A stretch of 64,000 nt of DNA from Lama guanicoe (GCA_013239625.1 MU054098.1:1489104-1553103); one strand, 5' to 3'; positions 12,771 through 26,169 are shown, counted from the first letter of the stretch. Notes: generated by a model from the letters alone, not told the origin. Numbers and translations are program-made.

Positions 12771-13699
12771 GATTAAAAAAAACAACTCATAAACCCACAG
12801 GACAAAGGAAACATGAAAGGAGACAAAACCTGATGACAAATATCAACACATTTTTGAAAGACAGAAAACAAATGGAGGAATACTGACTGAACAAAGCTGA
12901 GAAAACCAACGTCTTAAGGCTTACAGAGGGGGTGCTAGTGAGAAGCAAACTAATGCAAAATATGGAACTTGGGAAAGGGTCAGGAGTTCAAGACACCCCA
13001 AAAGATGATGGAGAAGGAGGTATAGAGCAGAGAAGAAGGAATTATTTAAAGTCGGTATAAGAAGAAGTTAGGCTCCCCCTTCTTCACCTTAGTAGATGAT
13101 CAGTACCAATTCTTCAGAGAAATTTAAGAAATGCTGTAGTGATATCAAGCATGTGGCAGGTGGAAGAAAGAAACTTCTTTTTAAGCAATGAGATTAAGTA
13201 AAAGTTTTCATACTGAACATAGAGATGCCCAGACTCTTTCTGGTTCCCCAAACACAAGCAACCAGACAAGAGATGAAATAATTAATCTCTGAAGAACCAG
13301 TGTCTTCCCAGATGGAGAAAACTTCACACAGTGAAAACTTCATATATATATACAAATTGGGATCACTCTCCTTATATCGCTGTTTCTGTACAATCACTCT
13401 ACAGTGAAGATTACCGTTGACTAGCAGAAGAACAAAGAGCTTTCACTCTTAAATATAAATTGACCGGTCTCTGTTCACTCTTTAAATATGAATGGAGAGC
13501 CAAGAATGACCAGACATTTGGGGACGACTTCCAAAGTGGTATGAATGTCGAATGAATGTTGTTTCAAACATGCAAGGAATTAAAAATTTACCTCTTCTGC
13601 ACCCTCTCTCAGGAAGTCATCAAGAATGTACTCCATCCAAACAAGGGGCTAACACAAGAATGAAGTGTGGGGGAATCACGGCAGGCTTTAAACTGTGCC

Positions 13700-14500
13700 T
13701 GCAGTGACTGCCCCCACACCCTTCCCCCACATAACCCCGCTTCTGCATATTAGCATGGCCTACTCTCTCATCTTCTTTAAAACTTTGCTGAAATGTCACT
13801 TTATTAGAAAGGCTTTTCCAGCCTCATTCATAAAATATTCCCATGCCTCTTTATCTCATTACTTTGATTTCTTTATGAAATTATTCATTGTCTGACAAAC
13901 ATTTATTTTTTTATTTTTATTTCTCTTTCCCAAGAATCTCTAAGTCCCAAAAGTACAGGGACTTTATCTGTTTTGTTCATTGCTTTATTCCCAGAGCCAA
14001 GACAGTGACTGTTAGTAGTTTTTCAAGTATGTGCCATTATCAAAACCCTCTACCTACTTTAATCCCTAATCTTACAAATGTTCTTTCCTCTGGTGTTATA
14101 TGTATTTTTGCACCTCTTTATCACTGCTCATATTATTACACTATGACATATGTCCCTATAATTTTACCTTGGGGCAACCAATTGACAGAATTGTCATGGT
14201 TTGAGTCATCATTTTCAGACATTACTTGACTTCTCAATAGTCTTTGACCCTGTTGATGTCTCCCTTCATTTTGAAATGCTTCCCTTGGTATCTGTAGCAC
14301 CAGAGTCTTCTCTTGGCCTTTATGCCTATCATGACTGCTCTTTCACAAAAACTCTTTAGTGTATTTTCTCCTGTTCATCAATTAAATGTTTCTTTCCAAC
14401 AGAGTTTTCCTATAGACTCTGCTTTTCCCTTTTGCTCTAGACATTCTCCAATGGTTTTAACCACCCTCCATATCTAAGTAACTCCTACAATCTGTATGTC
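13700..14500 (+). mobile_element. L2 fragments
   Basis: Pyrimidine-rich L2 3' sequence (aaatgtcacttt...gggactttatctgttttgttcattgct...cccagagcc). Confidence 0.6.
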
Positions 14501-15509
14501 CAGAGTTCAGCACACTGCTGGTTACTAATGCTAGCCAATTACTGAAGAGTCTGATCGAGATCAGTCCATCTCACATGTAAGAGTTTAGAACTAATGGATT
14601 CTGTCTCCAATGATTGGCTGATGTCATCCCAGGATATATGCTAATAACTGAAAAACAGTGAACAATCACCATTAATTTTCTCCTTGATGGAGAAACCTGT
14701 TCTTCCCCTTAGAGAGCTCTTTCCTTCATAGTTCACTGAAAGCTTGATTATATCTACCTGATCTATGACAGCTGAGTACTCTCCTAAGGATAAACTTGGG
14801 TCTAAAATTGAGCATGTGACTCAGATAGCTATGGTGACCTCCATGAGGTCCTCCAGAAATCATATCCACACTTATTCTTTGGTAGCAACTTTATATATAA
14901 TCTACAGTAGGGTCAGACACTAGAGCCCATATTACCATCTTTATCAAATGACAATTCATCATTTTTAAGATATGTTGTTTGAAAACTATGTTTATATGCT
15001 AATGTCTGAAGTTTAAGAAAAAGCAGGACTAGATCAGATCCTGAAAAGGTACAGTTTGAAAAATTCTTAGTCACATCAAGTTGGATTACTACTCTCAAAG
15101 GGCTGCAAAGATTGAAAGTTACAGGTAGAACAAGAAAACTGGTAGTTGCTTTGGAGTTGAAGTATATAGTTCTGGTCTTGATACCTTCTGTTTTGCTTTG
15201 AAGCTCTATCCTTGGTATTACAGAGATTTATTTCAGAGTCCTCGTCTGTATGCATTTAAAATGAGGAGGAACTACTAGTTAGTAACCAGGGCTACACACC
15301 CCAAAGATCAAGTACTTATTAGGATATTGCCAGATTATATCTGGCATAAATTTCTCATTATCATCCTTTCGTTCCAAAGAAAGTCATGATATTTCTCTTT
15401 CACCTGATTTCTGATTGAAGCAATTATTGAAAATATAACAAAATAAGGAGAGGAGGAAAATTTTAGAAATATGGAAATTAACATAATAGTATAGAACTGT
15501 AAACAAGTA

Positions 15510-15770
15510 GTAAAACAGAGTATTTAAGAGTCAAGATCTCAAGTTAGAAAAATCTGGATCCAAATCTTGTCATTACTATTTGCTGGCTGTAAGATTTTGT
15601 CAAATTAAATCAAATTCTCTGAACCTCAGCTTACTCATCTGTAAAAGTGAGGTTAAAAATTACTTATTATTTGCTGTAAATATTAAATGAGATATAGGAT
15701 GTAAAGCACCTCATTCAGTGCCTAACACATAGTGTAAGTGGATTAAAAAAATATCTATTCTTGGTATCAT
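15510..15770 (+). mobile_element. MIR
   Basis: ctctgaacctcagcttactcatctgtaaaa...attaaatgagata...gtgcctaacacatag. Confidence 0.85.
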
Positions 15771-18009
15771 TATTAATGTAATTATTAGTATAATTATTAG
15801 AAGTTACAGAAAAGAATCCCTGGCTTTATACCTCCAAACTAAAAAAAAAAATCAAATAAGGATCTTCTTATAGCACTTTTTGATATTAAGTAATTTAATG
15901 TAATGCAGCCATCTGTTTCTTCTCACATTAGGGAGTGTCAAATGTATTTAACAGGAATTTTAAACTGTTAAATGATCCCCAAACTAGGTCCTTAAAGAAA
16001 GCAATGAAGTAGGCTCCAAGGGACTTTTAAGAGAGATATTCAGGAGCCTGACTCTAGGGGTCTTGGCTCCATCACTGCCTCAAATTGAGTGTTGTCTTTG
16101 TTGTTGCCCACGGTGATTCATGCAGAGGTAAAACAGTAATGTGTCTACTGAGAAGTTGGCTTACATGTCCCAGTCTATTTTCTCTAGTTTACATATCATC
16201 TGTTCACCCCAAAGGCCACTGTTGTCAAATAAAGCATCTTGCTCTCTGAGATGAGAAATTAAACCAATAAATAACATTTACCTCCAATTTTGTATAGAAA
16301 AGTGCAACACTGCTCTGTCAAATAAAACATAAATCTCCTCATTTTTCAGGAAAGAGACAAAGAACTACAGCAAACTGTGAGGGTGTGTGTAGCAACACAA
16401 AAATCCAACGTTTTCCTTGGACAAGACTAAGGGTGAGTAAAGTGCTCATGTTCTTTTTTAATCCCTTACTTTGTAAGGTAACAAGATTTCTCATGGTCGC
16501 TTTCTATCTCTGAAAGTCTACGCTAATTCCTCTCCTATACTATAAAGAAAACGCTTACAATTCTTCTTTCTGCTTCCCGCCGGGCTCTCTGAAACTGGGT
16601 TCAGGTTTGATCCAAGGGGCAAACACCCTCTCCCAGCATTAGCTGTAGATTCAGGCTTGGGTAGAATAATCCCAACAGTGGTAAAGCGAAATGCCACTGA
16701 AGAGCACAGCAAAGATTGTGACTAGGTACCAGGTAATTTAAAAGCCCTAGCCCTAGTATTCCTGATACAACGCCAGGTAACATAGTAATATCTGGATACA
16801 TACATATGTAATGAATGACTCTTTGGTATGATGCTAGAGATAACAAGAACCTTTTTTTCTAAATAACTTGTTTAAATATATTTCCTTCTCTTACCTATCT
16901 TGGACTGAGATATGCTCATGCTGCACTGTGGGTGAGAAAACCCCCTTTAATTATGAGACTCTGAAGAAATTTTAAGTGACTAGCAGTCTCTAGATGATTT
17001 CTCAAGCACAAATGGCAGTGTTACGTAATTATATGATACCTGTCATAATCTAGATCCTTGAAAGAATCGGAACAAATTAATTATTGAATAGGTGCTTTGC
17101 CGAACCCTATTGCTCTTTATCTCTAGCCACATAAAAGCAAATCAAGGCGCGAGCTCTCAATTTTAATATGGTAATATCCTGGTGAGGATGCCACAATTTA
17201 TATGTCCACTTAATTTCTGGTTATGTTAAAAAATATATAAATCATAGATACACTATATGTACAATTATTCTGTGAAATATACTCTCTTTGCACTGTTGAA
17301 AACTGACCTACCTGCCTATCTATCTACCCACTTACCTACCTATTTTAGCTCAATGGAGCTAAGAGAGTATTACTGGCTTTTGAATAGGAAGTTGTAGTTT
17401 ATGTTTTATAGAAAAAAATTTAAGGAGAATTTAATAAGAAAATACTGTTTCAACAGAATGACTTAGGCTTTCTGAAGTTATAAGAACCTGTGAAAATCCT
17501 GCTACTCTAGCCACCATAACAATATCCAAGGTCTTAACACAGACACTCTTTAATTCTTTATCCTATCTTACTGAGTAGGATGTCTAAACCTACTTAAAAC
17601 ACGGGTCTTCATTGTCTTATTATTTTTGTGCTCTCACCTTGACAACATGTGCCTTAGCAGAGGGATCTCCTTTTATTCTCTCAACAACTAATGGCAGAAA
17701 AAGGAATGTTTTAAATGGAAATCTGACTGGGATTCCACTAAAACAGCAAGGTCCAAGAATGTTATCGCTGTTCTTTTCACTATACTTCCAACCATTACCC
17801 TCAGGATTTTAGTGATTTCTTTGTTTGGTGTTGTCATTTTGTGGTGTTATGTGCTGGGGAGGAGGCGGTAGTACCATGGAGTACAGTACTGGTCTTTCTT
17901 TCCTCCTTAAGATAGCTCAGAGGTTCTGATACTTGCTTTATATGACAGGTTTCATTTCTAAAGCTTTCTAGGTGATAAAGATGATTAACTAGGGCTTAGA
18001 AAGAGTGAA

Positions 18010-18200
18010 ATAGCATACCGGACAAGAGCATGGTCTCTGAAGTCACAGAGATTTGAATTCAAAACTTGACTGCTCCTTACCAGCCTGTGATCTTAGCAAG
18101 TTACCTAACCACTATAAACCTCAGGAAGATAATGCTTATTTTGCAGTGTTATCTGAGGAATAAATTAGTTAATATGCGCAAACCTACATAGTCCATCATC
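18010..18200 (+). mobile_element. MIR
   Basis: agagcatggtctctgaagtcacagagatttgaattc...gtgatcttagcaagttacctaacc. Confidence 0.7.
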
Positions 18201-18899
18201 TAACAATAGTGATCAATCTAGAAATGGAGGCTATTCGTAGGTTTAACTAACATACCCCAAAAAGTACAAAAAAAAAAAATTACATGTTGCATTTTTTTGA
18301 CATACCCAGCAGTTGATTATAATAGTGCTTCCAGTTCCTCTCTTTATTCCTCCCACGAACACACATACAACCACTCAGTGACTGCAAAGATAATTTTTCA
18401 ACATAAGTGAAGTTCTATCAATGTTGATTTAGAACTTCATCAGTGCCCTTCAGTATCTTACCCCGTAAGTCTTGGTGCAAGCCGCATGTTATTCTTTTCA
18501 AAGGGAAAGATTCATTTTTATTATTTCAGAGATGTCACATATACTAGAGTAACCCATAAAAGAAATCGATCTTGGGAAAGGCAATTTCAGTTGAAAGTCT
18601 GGACCATGAAGATGGCAGCAAGACAGATTGCGGTTAAAAAATTTTCCACGTCTTCCTGATGCTAAACTCCTTTGCTCTTGTCTCAAAGAGAGAAGAAAAA
18701 AAAAAAGAAGCCCTCTTTCTTGAAAAGACTAACCTCTTCTCAAATGCTCATTATCCCACACCAATACTATATTCTGTGATAATCTGCAACATCAGTTATC
18801 CATTTTTCTCTTCTCTATCTTCAATTTTCACTTTCCATGCAAGCTTGCCCTTTACTTACAAGTACTTTAAAGTAGCACAAATCTTTGCCACCCAAACAA

Positions 18900-19870
18900 A
18901 AAGTAACTTCCCTTAACTTTAAACTTCTATCTCTCCCCTTCCAGTTTTGCTTCTTTGAAAGCTCTTTCTCACTAGCTACCCTTCAAAACCATTTACTGAC
19001 ATCTTGATGCCACTCTAACGAAACAACGCTCTCAAAGATCAGTAATAGCCATTATCAATAGTCTTTTGTGGTTTCTTTGTATCTTTCTCTTCTTTAAAGC
19101 TCTGTGGCACTCATATCTTGTTTCTCCTTCTAATTTAAAATTTTCCTCAGTCTCTTGAACTGGATCCCTTTTGCTCTCTTTCCATTCTTTACAATTAAGC
19201 ATCTCTCAAAATTCTATTATTACTTGGTTCTGTGTTCTGTTTGGCCCATATTCTCTTTCTGATTACATGATCTACTTCTATAATTTTAACATCATCCTAG
19301 CATTGGTGACCCCTAAATCTGTATCTGTAGCCCCAATCCTGCCCCTAAATTTCACAATTTAATTTCTAAGTGATTGCTTTGTAATTCCACATGGTTTTTC
19401 TACTGGCTAAAAAAAACCACACAGTGTTCAATCCAGCATCATTTTTTCCACTCCTTTACCTGCTCCTGAACTGTGTTTCCTAACTCAGATCATGACAATA
19501 GCTTCATCCTAGTTATTTCAGTGAAAAAGATGTCCAATCAACTTCAACTCCTCCCTCAGCCATCAAATATTATTCAATTCACCTCCAAAGTAACTGGTAT
19601 CCATCTTGTAGTCTTAGTTTCACATAATGGAGTTGCATTAATAGAGGGGTACAGTTGTCATCTATAATAATATAATTTAGTCTTCTAACTAGAAACTCAT
19701 CCTTGTTTATAATTTCTCACTCACATACTCCATCTTTATTCACTCAATGCTACTAATTCTATATCTGAGGTATTTTCAACGTTGTTTCCTTTCTATTCTG
19801 GCATCATCATCTCTCACCTAAACTACTGCAATATTCTCCTGACACTGCTTCTAAGCCATCTTGTACTCTG
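18900..19870 (+). mobile_element. Degraded L2
   Basis: Long pyrimidine-rich stretch with L2-like motifs (catcatctctcacctaaactactgcaat). Confidence 0.55.
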
Positions 19871-21560
19871 CCCCAGAGATATCTTTGGAGCTTCACACAT
19901 GGTAAGGCAACGGAGATATTAGAGATATATGAAACCAATATTTTTAGTTTATGCCATTACTAGTTTTAAGTTTTCCCACTTTTTGAATCAGTAGATGTCA
20001 TAGTTTTGAGCATAGAACAGAGGTACTATTAGACAATGAGGTTAGAACAGAGAGAGTATTAGACAATGAGGTTATTAATTAGTTCTTGATTTCAAATTCT
20101 TTTGTTTGTATATTTGAGGTCCACAGTGAGAAAATCAGTCTCAGAAGCTGAAATTTGTTGAAAAAGAGTTAGGTGTATGTGTGTTTCCACAGTTCCAAAA
20201 GCTTTGCTTTAAAAATATAAAGAACAAAGCATCGAATTATAAATTTCTTATTTTATCACAAATCATAAAACAAAGAAGATACCAAGTAGATTTCCTATGA
20301 CAGGAGGGGAAATAAAAAATTAAATAAAAGGCAGATAGTAGAGACATTCACAGGTTATAAGATTAAGGTTAAGATGTTGTCTAATTTCCTAAGAAAACAT
20401 GTGGGGCATGCACGCACCAGTACTTAGCCACAGCAAGCAGACATGTAAGAAATCCTGGGTAGGTTTTTGGAGAAGATAAAATTAGAATTATCTTATTCAC
20501 TGCTTCCCACTTGGAACACTGGAAAGAGACCACATTGCAGCATGCCCTGCCTCAACGTAAGACAGTCCTAGTAGAGAAAAAATGGAGGCAGGGCTTACTT
20601 AGCTGAGGTTTCCCAGTTTCCCACAGCCAGCAACATAACATACAGGAAATCCAGAAGTCCCCACACACCTTAAAGAAGTTGCTATAAGGACACATATACT
20701 TTCCTGGGCATCTAGACACCATCCTAAGAAGGAAGAGAACAAAAAGATAACCCTTCAAAGAGAAAATATATACTGACAGGCAAGTTTCACCTTGAATTGG
20801 CTTGATATTTACATAAAATAGATTGTTCTATAAATTAGGAGACTTTAGATAGCCTTTAACTACGCATATTCTTTTCTATCAGCAGGTGTGGGAGCCTGAG
20901 ATCAAGATACATTCAGAAAAAGAAAATCAAGGCAATTTTGAAAATCTGAGTCATGTTGGGTAGATTTTTACTCTATTCCATGGGCATTCTCTGTAATCTG
21001 TGATCTGGTCCCAACTTTTCTTTATACCTGTGATCTGGCCTCTATAATCTGGCTCCAACTTTTCTTTATACTTTTAAGATATTTTCGTTAATGTATTTTT
21101 AAGCCCTAACTAAATTAAATTACTCACCATGAAATTTCACTCCTTCTTTTACTCATGCTGTTCCCTCAACCTCGAATGCTCTCTCTGCTTCTTTGATCCA
21201 TGAAAATACGACTTACTCTTCAAAGCTCAATGTACTTATCAGCTCTTCCACAAAGCCTTCCCAATCGCCCCAGCCTTGGCCCCAGTTGGAAGTAATTGGT
21301 CCTTCTACCACCATCCCAAACACATTTTGTATCTCTCTGATTAAAAAAAATTCTTCATACATATGTTGAAAGCACTGAATCTCCTCTGCCTTAACATGCT
21401 TAGTAATACTTCATTAAATATTGAAGATTATAAAAGCTCAGAGTTACTGTTCTTAATATCGGTGATCACAAAGCAAGGCTGTAGCTATTGAAAATGTGGA
21501 GGATCATTCTAATTATTGGAGGTAATTCACTAAATGAATAGTGCTTTAATAAATGCCTGA

Positions 21561-21705
21561 TTTTTTCCAGCTTTACTGAGGTATAACCGACAAATAAAAT
21601 TGTAAGACTGTTAAAGTATACAACACAGTGATTTGATACATGCATATGTTGTGAAAAAGATTCCTCCAATTGAGTTAACACCTCCATTACCTCACATATT
21701 TACTT
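21561..21705 (-). mobile_element. 5'-truncated L1 3' end with degenerate target-site duplication
   Basis: ttttttccagctttactgaggtataaccgacaaataaaattgta is an L1 3' terminus; flanks tttaataaatgcctga / tttaaaaggtgcctga share tgcctga (21554-21560, 21714-21720). Confidence 0.8.
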
Positions 21706-22040
21706 TTAAAAGGTGCCTGATGTTTTAAAGTCACTTGCTTCTGTAAATTAGAGATCTTTTTTAGAGTTACTTAAGTCATTTGTCTTGAGGAGACATTTTG
21801 GGGCCTGCTATCAAATCCACTAATTTGAGATAGTGTTTACAGAGAAGAAATAATGTACTTTACACCATCACATCACAGGAAAACTACATTTGAGGGTATG
21901 AGAGTTCATTGGGAGACCAGAAAGTATTCAATAGGTCTGCAGTCTGCTTTGGCTTAAGATTTAATTGCCTGGGCTAAATCAAAGGGTACTGAGTTAATTT
22001 GAGTGAGCTAATCCCTGAGAAAGCTGAATGTTTCCCTAAG

Positions 22041-22056
22041 TGCCACTAGAGGGCTC
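22041..22056 (+). promoter_or_regulatory. Candidate CTCF site
   Basis: tGCCACTAGAGGGCtc closely matches the CTCF core CCAC[C/T]AG[A/G]GGGC; lies in an old LTR-like tract (~21950-22520). Confidence 0.55.
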
Positions 22057-23130
22057 AGTGGGAGCATTGGTACTGGCTATCCTGGAAAGATGCTGGGAGA
22101 CAGCCACAAGCAGTATTCGGGAAGAGAGACTCTGGAGATGCTGACCGGCATCCTGTAGACTCGATCAATGGATATAGGACATGGGCTATACGGAAGAAAG
22201 CAACCTCAGAAATGGCAACCATCATTCTAAGAAGACATATGATGAGCCTAACACCTTAGGAGTTACCTGAGAAGACCTTATGACATTGAGAACAGCCAAT
22301 GGACAGAACATGCAGAGCTCCACACAGAGGAAGCATGCATTAGGGGACATCAATCAGAAGATAAAGCATTGGGCTAAGGAAAGTCCACCTGGAGACTAGC
22401 AGAACTTCTTGTTTCCCAGAGTGAGTCACCTCATGGGGTAAAGGAATCAGTCATCCATCTTTTTTTCTATCTCGGGGAGGAGGGTTTAAAATGATACGTT
22501 AGTCTTCCTGTTACTAAATTCTCTTAAACTTTACAGCTAAGAAATATTAACCCCTTTCTTCTCTTGGTTTTGGAGCCAATGCTATTCCTGTTCAGGGTGA
22601 ATAGAAAGGTGTTTTAGACCACTATTTCAGGAATTCAATATCAGGTTAACTTAGCTACTGATACCAATCTAAGTTTGTAAACCGATTCTATTGCCATATT
22701 CTCAAAACTCCTGTGTTTTCCTTCCCATTTCTTTTCTTTCTTTATTTTTTTATTTTTTTTATTTTTTGCCAATTACCCTAGGAATAATGGCCTTTCTTGC
22801 TTGGACCCAACTTTAAAAACTTGGTGACTGCTACCTCTTCCTGGATACTTCCAACACTGGCTTTACCCTCTTCTTTACTGACTGCTGTTTGTACCTCTGG
22901 GACTGTGATCATAATCGCCTGCCAGTCCCTAAAAGTCTTCTGTATGTCCTGGATCTGCCCTCTTCCTTTTCTCCGTAGTGTTCTCTTACCTGACAAATCT
23001 GTAGTTATCATTCATTTGCTAGTTATTTAGAAGAGCTCCATTAGGTAGAAAAGAATCATAATTATCTGTGGGTCTACAACCTCACTTAAAACTGTCTGAT
23101 CATCTAAATCCTCAAAATTGGGTATAGTAG

Positions 23131-23576
23131 TGCTATCAAGAAAAAATTATGTTAAAGATGGTAAGGCAGATTTTTATTTGGAGGGGGCTACTTTAATGGG
23201 GTTTTTGTAGTAGAGGGGAGTGGTTGAGATCAACTCCTACAAGGACAAGTAGGGGTTTACAGCCAAGGAGCAGGGTGGGAAGTCAGTGGATGGAAAATTA
23301 AAAAGTGGAAACCTCTGAGGTAGAGGGATTTTGGTTAAAACTGACTTAACAAGATCTTTGTTGAATGCAGGCCAAAATGACAAGATTTTGAGGGTGGGAG
23401 ATGAGGAATTTGGTTAGATATCAAGCTTAGGGGATTTTCACTAAACTGACCCAGTAGGATTCTTGCTAATGCTGGAACAAATAGGCCAAGGACAGAGTTC
23501 AAGGGTGAGGCCTTGTCAAAAAGAGGACAGAGAAGAGCCGGCCTAAACTTTGTTCAAAGAACAGGGTCTTAGCCCA
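23131..23576 (-). mobile_element. Old ERV1 LTR (MER34/MER89-like)
   Basis: TG...CA ends, tttatt poly(A) signal near the left end, repeated aaactgac...ggattcttgctaa motifs. Confidence 0.6.
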
Positions 23577-24434
23577 TAGCCAACCCAGGAAGAGAAATTC
23601 TGAATTACAACCTGCATCAGACTCTGACCCAGAGAGAATGTGGCTCAGGAAGAAAGTTACAAGAGCTTCTGCATTTCTTTCTTAAAACCAACAATCTTTG
23701 GAACCTGCCAGGGCAGAATTAGGTAAGGACTAGCAAAATAGACCTATTTCTTCAGCACAGTTATGGGATATTCGACAAACCCAGTTCTAAAATAAATTGA
23801 CAGAATTGTTCTTCATTTTTGTGCACTTGTGGTTAGCACAGTAGTTTTCCGTCAGCTGTATCTGGTTTTCTATATCTATCTCTATGAAGTCAAAATCATT
23901 TTTTCTGAAAACATGAACTTAATGAATCTTAGCTGCTCCTTCACAAATTTTGTTATTTAAGTGAGCCTTGGGCCAAAGACGGAACTCAGCTTTTTCTCAG
24001 AGAAAATTTGTAAAACAATTGCTCATCTCCTCCTCTCCTCCCACCACCCTACCATCAACAGAATCTCAAAAGAGTGATTACAAATGTAAATTTCGCCAGT
24101 TGCTAACCTCCTTAGAGATTAATCTCCATCTGTCAAACTTGTTAAATGAATCTTTGAATTTAACTGATTCCAAGCAATCACTCTCCGGAAATAATAAATT
24201 GTGCACACTTTCTAGAATGTAAGTAAACATTAATTGAGGGTTTACAGCATGCCAGACACTGCTTTAAGCAATACTAATACATACAAAAGACACATTGCCT
24301 GCCCTCAAGGAACTCACTGTTTGGGGGGTGGGGCACAAATAAACTGTTAAAATACAATGTAATTAGCTCTAACATCAAATTGTTCAGCCTGGAGGAGTCC
24401 TTCTACTTCAGTCTTGAGAATGGAGGGTAGTATT

Positions 24435-24928
24435 TGTCGACTGAGATAAACGCACAACCTAAAAGTTGAGAGTCATATTTTATTTGGCGGGAGGACCCGA
24501 GCCTGGATGACCTGAGCCGGGATGACAGCCTCTCATGTTGCTCTGAGGGACTGCTCCAAAGAGGTAGGGGAGGAGCTAGGATATATAGGAGCTTTACAAC
24601 AAAGACCAGGTAGTTGGAACATTAACAGATTACTTGTTAACTAAAGAAAACTAGCCATCGCAAGTTAAAGAATTCAGCGCTTTTCTGCGTATGGGGGGAA
24701 GCAAACATTTGGGCTCACTGAATTCATCCCTTTGACAAGCACCTAGCTATCTCGGGCCAGTATCCTGTCCTTTCTTATTCTGAGTCCCCTCAGAGGGCAC
24801 CACTGTGAGTGGCTGCAGAGGCTGGGCTGCAGGCTTGTCTTCACTAGGGGGTGGTGGCAGCCACTGATGACTTGATGGCTTTAGCATTCTTTGTTTACTG
24901 ATACAGTTTGCAGTATTTTTCCTTCACA
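24435..24928 (-). mobile_element. Solo ERV LTR (class I-like), copy 2
   Basis: TGTCGA...TTCACA termini, 4-bp TSD tatt/tact (1 mismatch), reverse TATA (tatata) and tttatt; same family as 2379-2842. Confidence 0.9.
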
Positions 24929-24934
24929 TACTGT

Positions 24935-25790
24935 ATAGTTTGGAGGACCCTTTAGTCAAATACATCTGGGTCCAAATCTCAGCTCAATATGATGCAGGAA
25001 AACAGATGTGAGGCATGAGAAGGGCCGTATCCCATGTTTCGGTTGAGCCCCTGGGATGTGCCCTGCCAAGCGTGGGTCCTTGGCTTCACGCAGGAAAGGA
25101 TTCAAGAGCGAGCCACAGTTGAGTGAAGGCAGATTTAGTCACAGAGATAAACTGAAAGGCAAGAGAAAGGCCACGAGGTGTGGGGGTTGGGTGCTCAGAT
25201 TAAAAGTAGGTACCCACTCCATAGACAGAACGTGGGCCGTCTCTGAACAGGGAGAGAGGGGCGGCCGCAAGGCGCCATGCTGCTGGTTTTTAATGGGCTT
25301 GGTGGCTTCATAAGCTAATAAGTGGAAAGACCAGTCTAAGGGGAAGGGGCTGGGATTCCCAGGAAGTTGGCCATTTCCCACTCTTTGACCTTTTGTGGCT
25401 AGCTGTGGGACTGTCATGGTGCCTGTGAGCGTGTTATTCACCATGTTAATATAGTACAATGAGTGTATAATGAAGCTCAAGATCTACTAGAAGTTAAATC
25501 TCTCATCATCCTGAGCCTCAAGGCCTACTGGGGGTTGAATCTTCCACCATTTTGATGTTAATTGCTGTGGCATTCCTTGAGTGGCTGTGCCCTGCCCCCT
25601 TCCATCCTGTATCACTATCACTTGTCTAACACTGTGTCTTTAGGCAAATTCCACCACTGTAAGCCTCAGTTTCCTTATCTATGAAATGGGAGTGATAACA
25701 ATTTCAAACTTACTAATGTATACCTCTTAACACTAGAGGAAACACAGTAAATGCTTAGTTAATTTTAGCTATTATTACAGCATTATTAAA
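24935..25790 (+). mobile_element. MIR split by the 24990-25614 LTR
   Basis: ctgggtccaaatctcagctc | LTR | ...gcctcagtttccttatctatgaaatgggagtgataac. Confidence 0.75.
24990..25614 (-). mobile_element. Solo ERV LTR (second family) inserted in a MIR
   Basis: Inverted termini TGATGCAGGA / TCCTGTATCA (9/10 match); GC-rich with retained CpGs; MIR halves on both sides; no clean TSD. Confidence 0.8.
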
Positions 25791-25834
25791 CTGGGAAAGA
25801 CTTTACAGAGGGTGTGACACAAACAGAGTGGAGC

Positions 25835-26055
25835 AAGATTTATCCACCTCATCACTATTGGTGTTTTAGGCCAGGTAATTCCTTGTTGTGGGAGGCTGTT
25901 CTATGCTTTGAAGATTGTTTAGCAGCATCCCTGGCTTTTCTCTACCCACTAAATGCCAGTAACAAGCTCTCCTCCAAGTTGCAACAGCAAAAATGTCTTC
26001 AGACATTGCGAAACATGTCCTGGGGGACAAAAATCACCCCTGGTTGATAACCACC
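25835..26055 (-). mobile_element. MER20 (hAT-Charlie)
   Basis: tttagcagcatccctggc...cagacattgc...gggggacaaaatcacccctggttgataaccac. Confidence 0.9.
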
Positions 26056-26169
26056 AAATTCATTTCCTTATCTTAATGCTGTATTAGAAACACAACAGTG
26101 GCACTGTTTAGGAGAACGGATTTTAAGAGGGGCAAAACTGGAAGAAGAAAGATCAGTTATTAAAAAACA

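Noticed and set aside
16350..16432. Plus-strand exon-like segment ending in GTGAGT
   Set aside because: 83 nt, two frames closed, and the open frame is unrecognisable; indistinguishable from a pseudo-exon.
18408..18439. miRNA precursor
   Set aside because: The hairpin is only 32 nt and does not extend; it matches no mature miRNA I know.
2379..24928. Inversion mediated by the two inverted same-family LTRs, or a single provirus
   Set aside because: Opposite orientation excludes a provirus; swapping flanks as an inversion predicts does not restore TSDs, and copy 2 already has its own near-perfect TSD.
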